DNA of 64,000 bases from the human T2T-CHM13v2.0 reference genome, Homo sapiens: assembly GCF_009914755.1 (NCBI RefSeq), contig NC_060930.1; one strand, written 5' to 3'. The position numbers were made by a program, and so were the translations under genes. The notes below the pieces were generated by a model. The model saw only the letters and a list, made by a program, of their open reading frames with translations. It ran no database searches and was not told where the DNA came from. This document shows, piece after piece, positions 38,410 to 52,837 of this stretch (its first letter is position 1; each line of letters begins with the position of its first letter).

Positions 38410-38745
38410 ATGCTCTTATGCTTTGCTGGCAGGAGGGCAAATTTATATAATCCTGTGTGAAAATAATTTATCAATAAGCATCAAAAGCTTGAAAAACCTT
38501 CATACTCCTAGACTTTTTAACTCCACTCTAAGAAATAGTTGTATAGAAATAATCGGAAGTGTCTTCAAATATGCACACAACTCTGATTGCAACATTTTCT
38601 ATAATAGTGAAAACCTGGAAATAACCCATAGGTCCACAAGTAGGAGATAGCTAATAACAAAAACGAAAAAAAATTACATTTATATTATGGAATTCTTTTC
38701 AGCTATTAAATGTGGAAGTTAGAAGAGTGCTTAAAACATTGATAT
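38410..38745 (+). mobile_element. L1ME4-like fragment (a further 3'-terminal piece at ~40050-40155)
   Basis: Degenerate L1 3' homology: ataatagtgaaaacctggaaataacc...tatggaattcttttcagctattaaa. Confidence 0.55.
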
Positions 38746-40416
38746 ACTTTTTAAAAGAACAGCATTTTTCCAATTTTGTTATGCATTGCTGTGTAAATAT
38801 TAATATATTCTATGATAAGATAATATGGTAATCTATGATAGAATTTTTTCTACTTCCTAAAAGTTTATATTCTCCTGGTCACCTCCTCTTCAGATCTTAT
38901 TCCTACAAAATCCTGATGTCTTGCCTTCTGCAGTTCCTCATTTCACTACATCAAAATGTGGAGCATACTTAAAAAAACATTTCTCCTAAGCATCGTCAAC
39001 ACAAGGCAGCTGGGTGTAGTGGACCACTTGTACTGAATGTTTGAGGGCAATTGGAAAAGGGTTATAGCACATCAAGCTTTCAACCTCAAATCAAATGATA
39101 GCATCTCTGTTCGCAATGTCCCTTAGCCATTTCTTCCAGGCATTTTTAAAAATAGATTATTCTTCCACCTTGCAGAGTTGCTTCCTGCCAATCTCTTTGC
39201 TTTTCTCTCCAGACTTCTTCATCATTATCCTTTTCTAGACAGTTCTCATTTTTCTACAGATATGTCTGAGCAATTTCAAGTTCTTTGTAATGTAAAGCAA
39301 TTTAGCATTCTTAGTCTTTATGTCTTCAGGAGCATGCCCCTGGCTGTCTTCCTATTAACACACTGTCTTTTCATGAAAGGAGAATAAAAGTCTCTTTTTC
39401 TTACAATATACCAATAAACATCATGTGTACTGACAGTCTATACAAGCTCTATATTTCATTGGTTCTTTCCTCCTGTCTCCAACAGGACCCTGCTCCTACC
39501 CACAAAGTGCTCTTTTTTATTTTCTGGAGTCCCTTATGCTGCTGATAACGATAAAGCTTTTGAAGTGTCACTGTTGCTTAAGAATTCTGGAACCCTTACT
39601 GCCAAAGGTAGATGCCAAAGCCATACCTGTTTTTGCTGAAATGAAGAGAATGCCTTATTGTGTTGTAGTCAGCTAGAAAAGAATTCACAAAGAACAATCT
39701 TGCATCTCCAATACCTTCCTGAGATATTGGAGAAAGTAGTCTTCAGTCATTCCTTTGTAGCATCCTGCTCCCTGGGATTTCATTGGAGTTGGGCCAAAGG
39801 ACGACATGAATGACTATCTCCATGGTAGACTTGGTGTCACTTTGGCTGACTACTGGCTTTGTTAGTAGATCTAGTTGGTTGTGGCTCCTTCCTTTCTTAG
39901 GATATATCCTTGCATTATTCCTAGGAATCTCTTCAAATGCTCTCAGAAATAAAATCCTATCTACCCTACCCTGAGTTTATTAGAGCAGTCTGAAAATGTG
40001 AGTATTGATGGTAGTTAACCTTAAAGACAGTAAAGAAATATATTAAAACTTTGAGTTGCTATCTTTAAGTGGTAAGATCATGAATAAGTTTAATTTTTTT
40101 GCTTTTCTCTATTTTCTATATTTTTTCATTGACTATATATTACTTTTATAATCACAATGGTTAACCTATGGTAATAAATGCAAAAAAAATCAAGCTACTT
40201 AAAATATATTATACTTTGAAAATGAATAATAGTTTTTGAGGGATGGTTGATATTCTCTTTCATGTAACAAAAAACTAGTCTGAACACAATTATCCTAATT
40301 ACTAACAGGCCGTTCTGTGGGCAAATAGTTGATCAACTTTATCCAAAAGATTTTTTTTTTCAATTCCTGAGGAAAAACTTATCCAGAAATAATTACAGAG
40401 AATTATATATTCTAGC

Positions 40417-41751
40417 AAAACTGGGGGACACATTGCCAAAACTCCTAGAATTGTGTGTAGCGCTAAATCTATGGGAACTAGGTATTTTTTTTAAAGAGAA
40501 AGAGATGGAATTTCATCAGTGAAACATAAAAAGAAAAGTTTTTCTTTAGCCATTTCTAAATTCCTTGAGTCTCTGAGTCAGCTGTTGCTCCTTGGTATGT
40601 GTTGGATGAATGGTCGATTATCAATACCTAATAGGGGAGAGCTGTGGGATCTGAGGCTGATGGGGGAATGGGGTGCCCATTGCTGAATTTCATGCTGAGA
40701 GGGGAAGCTATCTTTACTTTTCCGTAACTGAATCATGGTGAAATTGTGGCAGAAGCAGAGAGAAACAGAATGGGATGGGTGAAATAGAGGATTCTACTTC
40801 CCACTTCCTGTGAGGTGTTTGTAAAACTTACCAGCTATTGTGATGTCTTGCTGATGCTTTGGCCACTGGCTAGGCAATGTTTTGATGGAGGTGGAAGCTG
40901 TGTTTGGAAACATAGAAACCTGCTGTGAATTGACTGAGACTCTAAAGCCTCAGGGGGCTCTGCAGTAGCCTGTTTTGAAGGCAATTAGAATAAAGTGATA
41001 TCAACAGACATATTTTTCTGGGAGGTCAGGCCTCAGGAATTCCAGAAGACCTTTCTCAGAGTGGCAAAATGGCGGCTGGCAGCCATATTAATTTTATTGT
41101 TAAAATTCATATGACTATATTTTCTACCCCAGACTGGGGATGTGAGAGATCTTAGTTACACTGAGAGCATTCACGCCTATGACATGGCCTCTATCATATT
41201 AGACACTGTAGTTGAAGAATGTAAAAATATCATTGCTTATGTATTGAATATATCCTTGTATCAAGCATTATGTCAGGCTTTGTGGGTAAACAAAGATGGA
41301 CAAGACATTGTTACTGTCTTTGAGAAGGTCAGAAATGAATTAACGTTTATTGAAACATGAATTACTATAATAGAGATATATAATAAGTGCTATGGGAGTA
41401 TGCATAAAACATGAGTGGACTAAAAACAGACACCCACCCAACCACAAGCTCCGTGAGTGAAAAGATCACTCTGATTTTACCTAAATTACATTCCCATACC
41501 CAGCAGTGTCCAGCCTGGAGTAAAAATAGATGATTAACAAACATCTTTTTTTATGTGTAAAACCCCAGGCTTCTTTCTACATAACGATGTAACTCAGGAA
41601 AGAATACGAATTAGTGATATCTGTATAGCACTTTTAGAGGTAATATTAATTCTGTAAATTGCTTTCATTTTGTCTAACACCATCACTGTATATGACATTT
41701 CAGTCACATTAAAACTGGGGGACACATTGCCAAAACTCCTAGAATTGTGTG
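40417..41751 (+). repeat. Perfect 41-bp dispersed direct repeat (40417-40457 and 41711-41751)
   Basis: aaaactgggggacacattgccaaaactcctagaattgtgtg occurs twice, 1294 bp apart. Confidence 0.97.
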
Positions 41752-41834
41752 CAATATAAGCACCTAGGAGAGAGTAAAGAGAGAAAGCCATTCTCGGATA
41801 TAGGCTCATGGAGAGAAAAGAGAAGAATCGTTAC

Positions 41835-42390
41835 TGCAGAGGTTAAACGGTGCATGCACTTTTATATCAGAAATATCTTGGTTCAAATCCTGTCTTCAAT
41901 CCTACAATCCAGAGTTATTTAACTTCTCTGGGCCTCACTTTACTCATTTATATAAAAATGAAGACAATAATAGTAGTACCAACCTTGGTAGGCAACAGTA
42001 ATGAATAAATAAGTTCATTATTTAAAACAAGTGGTTCGGCCCGGCGTGGTGGCTTATGCCTGTAATCCCAGCACTTTGGGAGGCCGAGGCGGGCGGATCA
42101 CGAGGTCAGGAGATGGAGACCATCCTGGCCAACACGGTGAAACCCCATCTCTACTAAAAATATAAAAAAAGATTAGCCGGGCGCCTGTATTCCCAGCTAC
42201 TCGGGAGGCTGACAAGAGAATGGCGTGAACCCGGGAGGCGGAGCTTGCAGTGAGCCGCGATTGCGCCACTGGACTCCAGCCTGGGGACAGAGCGAGACTT
42301 CATCTCAAAAAAAAAAATAAATAAATAAATAAAAAAGCAAGTGGTTCAACTATTAAAGCATAGTGAAAGTTTAATGAACATTGGTTACTC
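41835..42390 (+). mobile_element. MIR interrupted by AluY
   Basis: ggttcaaatcctgtct...agttatttaacttctctgggcctcactttactcattt; continues after the Alu. Confidence 0.7.
42038..42333 (+). mobile_element. AluY with 12-bp internal deletion
   Basis: gaatggcgtgaacccgggaggcggagcttgcagtgagc; many CpGs retained; TSD aaaRcaagtggttc at 42024-42037 and 42334-42347. Confidence 0.93.
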
Positions 42391-43199
42391 TCAGAAAGTT
42401 CCAGAATTTCCTAGTTATATTGAAGGCAATTTAAGAAAAGAAGGTCCAATTAGTGCAGTACACTGGATACAGAGAAATAACCATTTTAACAAAATCATTA
42501 CAAGATGGGAACAGCTCTGGGATGGAAAAGAGAATCCATGTATGAAACAGAAGTAGGATGATAGAGGAATGACAGCATCAGGCAGAAACGCAGCATTGTT
42601 AACATTTTGGTGTACATGTTTTGAGACTTTTTGATATCGACTATTTAATTACTCAGCCATTCTATCCACATATATTTTTTTCTACATCATGCTCTCTGTA
42701 GATTCTTCCCCATTAGTAAAATGTTACATTATCTATTTGATAATTATATATCTAAAACGTCATGTATTTTTGTATCTTGTCAGGGAAAGCAGCTCTCAAG
42801 CCATGTGTACTTTTGCCAGGCTCCTGAGAATCAGTGTGTCCAAATAGAGAGATGCACTTACATCACACACACACAAACAACACAAGGAGAAGAGGTTGGG
42901 GCAGCCGTTTCTCTTTGTCCATGTGGATGTAGCCTAGCATGCTTATCAATCAATAAGAAAGTAGACAAAGCATAATATTTGTATTTGATGAACATTTTAA
43001 TCCTTTGAAAGATTAGTCCTTGTGGTTGTGGTACTGTTGGAATTGAAACACTTCTCTTCCTTGGGAATGCAGTAAAATTTTTAGATTTTAACTCATTCTT
43101 GATGGAAGAGTGATGAGGAGGATCATAAGAGAAGAGCTTTAAATCAACTTTCTCCCCCCAGAAAACCAATAAGCTTGAACAATTTTTCATAATTGCCAT

Positions 43200-44560
43200 T
43201 AACTTTCATCTATTATGGATGGTTTATTCATGTTCTTACCTATTATTCTATTAGGATATGCATTTTTATATTGAATTGTATGTGCTCTTTATGCATTTAA
43301 GGCCACTGTCTATTTGCTGGCCATATAGGCTATAAGCATTTATTTCCTGGTTGATGTGTACCTTTTATTTTGCTTATGGGATTTTTGGATGCACAGATAT
43401 TACAATATTTAATACTGTTATATATTTCAGTGCTTTCCTTTGTGATTTCTGCCTGCAGTATCATGCTTAGAATACTTTTCATTGTCTGGGCATATTTAAG
43501 AGATAATCTGTATTTCCTTCACTCTTTTCTTTAAAGAAGATGGAATAGGTTTTCATTTCACATTAGCATTTATAATCCTCAATAACTGTGGTGGTTTTCT
43601 ACATATAGGTTTCATATTTTTGTTGCACTGTTATTTTTAGGCATCTGATATAAATTTCAATTTTGAGAATAGTAAATTTTTTCCTTGATTTTTAAAACTT
43701 CTTATTTCAAGTGTAAAATAAAAGATTTGGAAATATCTGTGTACATTAATACTATTATTTAGACTGGCTCCTTTAGTGAGCTTTTATTTGAATTTTGTTG
43801 CATGTTGTTGATCATGCTGGGCTTTCCAGAGAGACAATCATATCACCTGCAAATATTGGAAACTTTGCTTTTTCTTTATTTTTTTCCCTTATTCCTAGTC
43901 TTGGTTAGGATTTTTTTAATGTTATGGCTTTTTCATTCTAAAGTCCTTTGATGTGATTTACCACTCCCTCTACAAAACATTTTGAAATAAGTTTTTATTT
44001 TAGGAAGGGTATGTGACTTGTACATTGTCTGAAGGCTTGAATATCCCAGAACATCTTCCTTTTGTCTTTGTACATCAATATCAACTTGGTTGGGAGCAGA
44101 ATTTCATGTCACAACTTTTTGCCCTCAAATTGATATACATCCTGCCTCAATACCTCTGCCATTTTGTGTTGTAGGAACATCATAGGTCAACCTGAGTTTG
44201 CTCTTTTTTGATTAGAAACATTACTAGAATCAAAGAAATTATTTTTTCTCAGATCAATCACCTATGACATTAATAATCTTTATAACATTTCCCTTTGTGT
44301 CATTCAGAAAACAGGCCCTTGAGATCTTTAGAACTAAAGACAGGTGGCAGCCTTCTATCTGTGACACACAAACTTATCTCCTTATCATTTGTCTACTGTG
44401 GTATGTTTAAACTGTTCAGAGAGCTGTGATGAAGATGCTGTTGCTGCTGCTGATCAACTGCATAGGGAGGCTTTATTGTATTCTATAACTGTTTTTCAGT
44501 GTTTAAAAAATTATCTTTCTTCTTTTGCATCTGAAATTGATCTCTTTCTCGTGACACTGT
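43200..44560 (-). mobile_element. Highly decayed L1ME/HAL1 fragments
   Basis: RT-motif remnant gacaatcatatcacctgcaaat (~43833) and ORF1-like antisense text; boundaries approximate. Confidence 0.45.
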
Positions 44561-44603
44561 ACATACAAGACTGCATATGCAGATAGAATGGATTTTTATC
44601 TGC

Positions 44604-44909
<306 letters not shown>

Positions 44910-46529
44910 TTTATCTCCTTTCTAATGAAGATTTTTAATAAGCTTAAGAATCAAGAAATACTTGAGCTCTTCTGATTGAAGTAAAGACTTTCCAGTGATT
45001 CTACATTTATTACTCAAGTTGTGGTCATCTGCTTTTTTGTCTACATTCTGGAGGACAGGCACCAAACACAGAGCATGCCCTCACAACAACACAGAGTAAT
45101 CTCTGTGGAGACTTCTCAGAACTGGACCTAACAACTTAGGACTGTTTTTGCTCAATCGTACATTTGTTTTTTATATTTTATTTATTCTGTTCCACTCTTT
45201 AACAATACAAATTATTAGTAGATTGAATCTTTCTTTTTCTCTCTCTTTTACTTCTATCTCTTTTTCATAGTTTTTCTCTTTGTTATTTTGCTTTGCCTTT
45301 GGAAAAGCATTTCACTTTTGACTTCCATATCAATAGTTTAGATTTCTGCAGTGCAGAGTCTGTACCTCACGGGTGGACATATAGTTTTATATTTTACCAA
45401 GGCACTTTGGCTTTTAACATTTTTCTTATTTATCTAAAAAAAAAGAAGAAAGAACATTATTTTCTAGTTCAAGTCTAGCTTACATTATTAAGTTATTCAT
45501 TCAAGAGGAAGTAGGTCCTGTAAAATTAGTGGCAATAACGCAGCTGAAGGGATGTTCGAGTAGTTGGAAGAGGAGAAGGTCCTTGATGGTTATTTATTGC
45601 AACTACCCTTTAGAAAAATGGAATCTGTTTTTGCTCCTCTTATCAACATGGGTGTTTGATGCTTCATTTTAGATCTCGGACTGCTTGATGAACTCATCCT
45701 GTACTCAACGTGATAGTGTCAGGGGACATCTGTTGATTGTGGCTCTTCCAGACTGAGGCTTATCCTTCTTTGACTTCTTGATTATCTTGCATTGTGCAAG
45801 AGAAGTTATTCAGAAGTGGTTTGAAGGAATCTGAAGTTTTTCTCTTGTACCATGTGTACAACTATTTAACATTTCTCCTGCTGTCTACTGTTAAGTTTAC
45901 ACCCCAGGCCTTAATGTACTGTTAGTTTCTCTTCTACTTTTAGCTGTATAGTATTACATGAAACTGTCATTCCTAAAAGGATGGAGAAAGGAATGAAACT
46001 TGAGAGCAGTGTAGTAAGGGAATGAATTGTGAAATAGTATCAGTTATTTTCAAATGGAACTCCTGAGCGTAGGGAGCTTTCTTATGTTCTGGATATTGTA
46101 GATCTGTGTCTCTGAAGAAAGGACACACAAGGTAGGCAGGCAGAAGTCATCTTTCCCTCACCTACCTGATTCCAAATGAGTCTCAGAATTCATCTACCCT
46201 GGACACAGTGAATGTTCTTTCAGGGTTCTTGAAATCTGTCCAATATTCCCAGTACTCTACGCTGTATTGTTGCTTCCTGCAGATGTTTTATGTATATATG
46301 ATTGTATTATTAAAAACAACTGTCAAATTCTTTTGGATTGAGGCTGGTTATAAATAATCATATGCCCATGCTGTTGGCATGTCATAGTGTGTTAGATTAT
46401 GTACAGGAAGAAACCATGTGGGATTCCTTTTACTCAACATATACCACTTTTGGGTTCCAAGTTAAGGGCCCATGAATTTTCTCTTTTACTTTAGGCCTCC
46501 AAAAATTCAACTTTTTTTCACAATTACCA

Positions 46530-46683
46530 GCACCTATATTATGTTTTCCCATTGCAGATTTTAATCTGTATCCTCATATTATACTGCTATAGTCAGCTGT
46601 ATCTGTGTTATGGCTCTGCTGAGTTCTGTGAGTCCTTCTACTGAATCACTGAATCTGAGGGTGGTCTTGGGGATCTCTGAACA
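46530..46683 (+). mobile_element. ERVL-type LTR 3' end (MER68/MER77-like)
   Basis: gagttctgtgagtccttctactgaatcactgaatctgagggtggtcttggggatctctgaaca. Confidence 0.55.
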
Positions 46684-46828
46684 CCTAATGTACTTTATAT
46701 AGTTTGGATAGAAAATATCTTTTGAGATTTGTTTTCAAAATAATTTTTTTAAATAAAAAGGATAAAATACTGTTGCTACTACTATGACTACAGTGTGAAC
46801 TTCCTTACTGTGGTTGGATGAAGGAAAG

Positions 46829-47345
46829 CATTCACTCACTCATTTAACAAATATTTTTAAGCACTTACTCTATGCCAGAAAATGTGCTTGATGTGAAGGA
46901 CATTGCAAAGAATATATGGAAAAGATTCCAGGCCTCAGGGAGATTAGAAAAAAAAAGTAAATAAATAATTGAGTAAATAAACAAGCATTAAGTCGTATGG
47001 ATGAAATAACATGAGAAGATATGGAGAAGTTTAAGTCAGGAAAGTCTTCTTTGAGGAGAAGACTGTCGTGATGATTTCCCAAGGCTTAGAATGGTCTAGA
47101 CATTTTAAGAGCACAGAAGCAACCAATGCAAATGCCTTAATTTGGGAAAGGACTTTCCCAAGTCTCAAAAGAGGAAGAAAGCTGGAGTGGCTGGCATGTA
47201 CTGACAAAAGGAAAAAAAGGCACGAGACAAGATGAGAGAGGGAAGCAGGAGCCTGGTCATGCATTGCTGGTAGGCAAAGGTAAGAAGCTTGCAGTTTATT
47301 TTAAGGGAAATGGAAAGGCATTTAACACAAGCAGATAGTGTTATA
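46829..47345 (-). mobile_element. L2 3' region
   Basis: cattcactcactcatttaacaaatatttttaagcacttactctatgccag... Confidence 0.75.
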
Positions 47346-48189
47346 TTTCTATAGCTGGACTTATTTTTTTAAGAATCCCTTCAACTCCATGTAAAATATG
47401 TAGTAATGTCAGTCATCCTAGGAGGAGTTCTTCTGTCACACCAACACATTTGGTGTTGGGCTGGGGGTGATGAAAGGTGTGTGGCCAGTTCCATCTCTCC
47501 ATGTTGGTATTCATTGAGGCATACTTTTTCTATCTGATCCTTGGCTATGAACCATGCAGACTGCTTCTTTTTGTTTCTCACCTCAACCACAGGGACTCTG
47601 TAGATGCCCCTTGTCTCCTCTCTGTTTGTGTCTCTGTTGAAACACAGGACATATTTGGTTGCTTTCTCATGGTGGTCTAGAGATGAGAGGAACTTTAAGG
47701 GGTCTTCCTTGTCTCCTCTGTTGAGATGTGACATGCAGCCTTTTCTTCTTCCTTACTCTTGCTTGCACCATGCTGGACTCAGAAAATGCTAAGGCTTTAT
47801 AACTGTCTCAAGTTCTGTTTAGGACACAGTCTTCCTCATTGTTCTCAGATTCTCAAATATACCCAGACTGTTTTTTCCTCCCTAGAACTTAGCCCAGCAG
47901 GTGAGGACAAGGCCTGGGGCCTTCTCTCAATGTTCTCTTTGAATCCCTCCTGACCAGAGAAAGTTTGTCTAGTCTAGGGTTGGGCTGTATGTCCTTTCAT
48001 CTGTTTTTTTTTTTTTTCCCAAATCATACTGTTTACAGTATAAACTTTATGCCCCCGAAAGACTTTGAAACTTGAAGGGTCTTTTTGTTTTCACAAACAA
48101 ATGCCTCTGCCAAGAGTTTCAAAAGACCCTTTCTCTTTTCTTTGATGCCATTTTCTTTCCCCTGAGGCAATAAGCATAAAATATCTTAG

Positions 48190-48713
<524 letters not shown>

Positions 48714-50064
48714 TAGCTAGGAAGTGACAGATCTGGAATTCAAGCCCGGGGAGTGACTTGATCGGGTTTACATTTTTAAGTTATCACTTTTACTGCTGAG
48801 TGAAGTGTGCAGTACAGAGGAACAAGAGAAGCAGGTAAGCTAGTAAAGACACCACTGAATTCAGAGAGAAAGACAAGGTACTGGCTGTGTATGTGAATGT
48901 GCAAATGGAAGCACAGCCTGATGAAGTAGAACAATTCTTTCATAGATGGTTTGATGAAGCTGGAGATGAAGAGAACAGATTTACTAGTTCACAGTTTGAT
49001 CTGGACCAACTCTGGGTTCTAATGGTAACCAGTACATATACATTTCATAGTTAAATGGGAGACTATACATTAAAAAGATAAATCTTAACTTGGTTAAATT
49101 ATTAGCCAACATCATTATTTAGTTGGTAAAATTCAGGATATTTAGAATGTTAAAATGGTCCTGTAAACATTTTCTTTTTCTTTCTTTTGTACCGCTCTGG
49201 CACTGATTAGGTTATTTGATATTCACGCAGGAAAAAAATGTATTGTCAGTAATTGGGGAATACTATGTGGTGTCCCTAAAGAGCTTGATATGAAGGATAT
49301 AAGTGTGCTTTCTGGCATCAAAAATGAGAAAGTACCACATAATGGGGAAGAGAGTGAATTTATTCTTCAGGGTATGTTCTCAAACCCAGCAGCTGTCAGA
49401 TGCACTGAAGATGCTCATCATATATTTGTGGAAGGCATGAATGAATAAAAATCACTTTATTGAGACTGAGTAGCCCTTAACTCATGATTTGATTATATAA
49501 ATGAAAAAATTTCTAGAGAAGAAATGCACTGATCGTAGCTGTGTATGTGGAAGGGAATTGGTCAGGGTAGGGGTCACATTTATTTGTTGCCTTAAAAACT
49601 TAGTAAAAGACAGTCAGTGAGATTAATTTTGGCAGTGCAGAGTGAGACACTTTTCAGGGGACAGACTACCTGTGTTTTCTACCCTGTATCTCTGGAGAGT
49701 ATAAAGGCAGTGGAAGAGGTCCCAGGCTTTGTTAGGCTGAGGTCAACAAATATTTGAATAATGTAATTAACTCCCCTCAGTCTGAATCTAGACTTAGCAA
49801 ACACACTTTTGAATATTTTTATTATAAAAGTTGGTTTCTCATGCAAAAAGTAAAAACCGGCAAGAAGACTCAGGCTCCCAATCTTCCTTACAACAATATT
49901 CATTATTGTATTTTAATGAATTATCACTCTGATTTTATCATGTCTTCCTGAAGTTTTAATACCATGTTCTCTAACGTATGAATCTAATATGTTAACAAGT
50001 AAGGTTCCTGAGTTGAAAGGATGAAAATAAGACCACAGTTCATGTGAAAGGTATCAGGTAGTTT

Positions 50065-50570
50065 TGTCCTGTAAGCAGTTAGGGTTTTGATAGAAAATAG
50101 AGTATAACCTGGGTGTTCAAATGAAGAGACTCAATTGAGAAACTACTTGCTCAGATGTGAAGCCAGATTAAAAGAACAAGCAGGTAATGATGAGGTACTC
50201 ACAGAGAGCAAATGGAAAAGTCTTTCCTACCCTTTGGACCAAAGGCAGTAGGAAAGGAAATGGAGTTATCAGAATCCAGTGGAAGTGCGAACCATTGAAG
50301 AGGAATTGCCCAGTGGGAGTTGTAGCTGTGGAAGGAAATGGCTATTTTAAGAGGCTGGCCAGAAGAAGAGCAGAGAAGGAACAAGACAGAAATACCACAT
50401 CCCCTTTTTCCTCTTGCTCTCTTATCTCCTGCATGTGAATTCCATTGGCCTGAATGAAGCTGGCAAGCAAGAGAGCACAGGAGATGCCAACTGCAACCAC
50501 AAGTCAGCCTCTCAGGCCACAGAGCAGGCAATGGAGGGGAGAGATGGCTGAAGGGGTGTGGTGTGGAATA
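50065..50570 (-). mobile_element. Ancient ERVL-class LTR, family uncertain
   Basis: gttagggttttgatagaaaatagag...ttcaaatgaagagactcaattgagaaactacttg resembles old LTR33/LTR78-type elements. Confidence 0.35.
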
Positions 50571-51044
50571 TGATTAGGAAGGCAAGTGCAACCTCTAAGA
50601 CAGAGCCAACTGGATTTGAGAGAGAGCCCAGATGGACAATAACCTCTTTGTCTTTTTGTGGGCCTTACCATCATTTTACTATAAGAATTTATATTGCTAT
50701 TAATAGTTTGTTTTCTCATATAATTCTGATAGAAAAAGTGAAATTTATTGTTTATTTGTGTATCACTGTGACATACCAAAATTCTTAGTTCCATCAAGTT
50801 AGCAAGGTTCTTATTCTGAGAGCAACAGCTAGGCTGTTTGAAGTTCCAGTGTTCCGTTGAATTAAAAACAGACTAATTTTCTCAAATATTTATTGTTCTT
50901 TGAGGTGCTTGAGGCCGAAGTTCAAAAATAAAGACTTCACACTGCGCATTTAGTACAAAAACATAAACTGCCACATGAGAAAATATATGTAGAATATTTA
51001 GAACAAAATAATGTGCCATGCCCATTATTGAAATACATTATTTA

Positions 51045-52837
51045 TAGTCATGTGTTGCTTAACAATGGGGATATGTTCTGAGAAACGCATCATTAGGTGA
51101 TTTCATTGTACTGAGAACATCACAGAGTATACTTACACAAGCCTAGATTGTATAGCCTACTGTGCACCTAGGCTATATGGCATAGCCTAATGCTCCCAGG
51201 CTATAAGCTTGTACAACATGTTACTGTACTGAATACTGTAGGCAATTGCAACACAGTGGTATTTGTGTATAGAAACATCTACACATAGAAAAGGTACAAT
51301 AAAATACAGTATGAAGGATAAAAAAAAGCACTCCTGTGCTGGAGAGGATGTGGAGAAATAGGAACACTTTTACACCGTTGGTGTAAACTAGTTCAACCAT
51401 TGTGGAAGACAGTGTGGCGATTCCTCAAGGATCTTGAACAAGAAAACCATTTGACCCAGCCATCCCATTACTGGGTATATACCCAAAGTATTATAAATCA
51501 TGCGGCTATAAAGACACATGCACACGTATGTTTATTGCAGCACTATTCACAATAGCAAAGACTTGGAACCAACCCAAATGTCCATCAATGATAGACTGGA
51601 TTAAGAAAATATGGCACATATACACCATGGAATACTATGCAGCCATAAAAAAGGATGAGTTCATGTCCTTTGCAGGGACATGGATAAAGCTGGAAACCAT
51701 CATTCTCAGCAAACTATCACAAGGACAGAAAACCAAATACTGCATGTTCTCACTCATAGGTGAGAATTGAACAGTGAGAACACTTGGATAGAGGAAGGGG
51801 AACATCACATACCGGGGCCTATCGTCGGGTGGGGGGAGGGGTGAGGGATAGCATTAGGAGATATACCTAATGTAAACGATGAGTTAATGGGTGCAGCGCA
51901 CCAACCTGGCACATGTATACATATGTAACAAACCTGCATGTTGTGCACATGTACCCTAGAACTTAAAGTATAATAATTTAAAAAAAAAAGCACTCCTGTA
52001 TAGGAGTTAATGCAAAGGCCTAGTATATTACTGTTCACTCCTGTAGACTTTATAAACACTGTACACTTGGGATACACTAAGTTTATAAAAATATTTCTTT
52101 AATAATAAATTAACCTAAGCTTACTGTAACTTTTTTAAACTTAGAAGCTTTTTTTTTAATGTTTTGACTCTTCTGTAATAACACTTGGCTTAAAACACAA
52201 ACACACTGTATAGATGTACAAAAGTGCTTTCTGTATATCCTTATTCTATACTTTTTTCTATTATTTCTATTTTTTACTTTTTAAACTTTTTGTTAAAAAT
52301 GAAGACTCGAACACACTCATTAGCTGAGGCCTACACGGGGTCAGGATCATCAATATCACTGCCTTCCACCTTCATATCTTGTCCCACTGGAAGTTCTTCA
52401 GGAGCAATAACATGCATAGAGCTGTCGTCTCCTATGATAACAATGCCTTCTTCTGGAACACCTCCCAAAGGATGTGCCTGAGGATGTTTACAGTTAACTT
52501 TTATTTCATAAGTAAAAGGGGTACACTCTAAAATAACAACAAAAAGTGTAGTATAGTAAATACATAAGCCAGTAACACAGTTGTTTATTATCATTATCAA
52601 GTATTATGTACTGTATATCATTGTATGGGTTACACTTTTATATGACTGGCAGTGCAGCAGGTTGTTTTACACCAGTGTCACCACAAACACATGAGTAATG
52701 CATTGCATTATGATGTTATGATGGCTATGACGTCCACTAGATATTGAGAATTTTTCAGCTCCATTACAATCTTATGGGACAACGGTTGCACAGGCGGCCC
52801 ATCATTGACCAAAGTGTCGTTATGCAGAGCATGATTA
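51045..52837 (-). mobile_element. Tigger3b (Golem) non-autonomous DNA transposon, split by an L1
   Basis: TIRs tagtcatgtgttgcttaacaa / tcgttatgcagagcatgatta with TA on both sides; internal text matches recalled Tigger3b. Confidence 0.88.
51338..51981 (+). mobile_element. L1PA5-like 3' end
   Basis: ...aacaaacctgcatgttgtgcacatgtaccctagaacttaaagtataataa; 18-bp TSD aaaaaaaagcactcctgt at 51320-51337 and 51982-51999. Confidence 0.92.

Noticed and set aside
40417-41751. The 41-bp repeats as TSD or LTR ends of a 1.3-kb novel element, or as CRISPR-like repeats
   Set aside because: Only two copies, no tail or TIRs, the interior holds ancient L2 debris, and the first copy has its own 4-bp flanking duplication.
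42038-42333. AluYd assignment from the 12-bp deletion
   Set aside because: As I recall, the Yd deletion is in the left arm (gagacca...cggtg), which is intact here.
52331-52600. Acidic 89-aa ORF (PEEGIVIIGDDSS...)
   Set aside because: It lies wholly within Tigger3b and matches the element's standard sequence; no sign of domestication.
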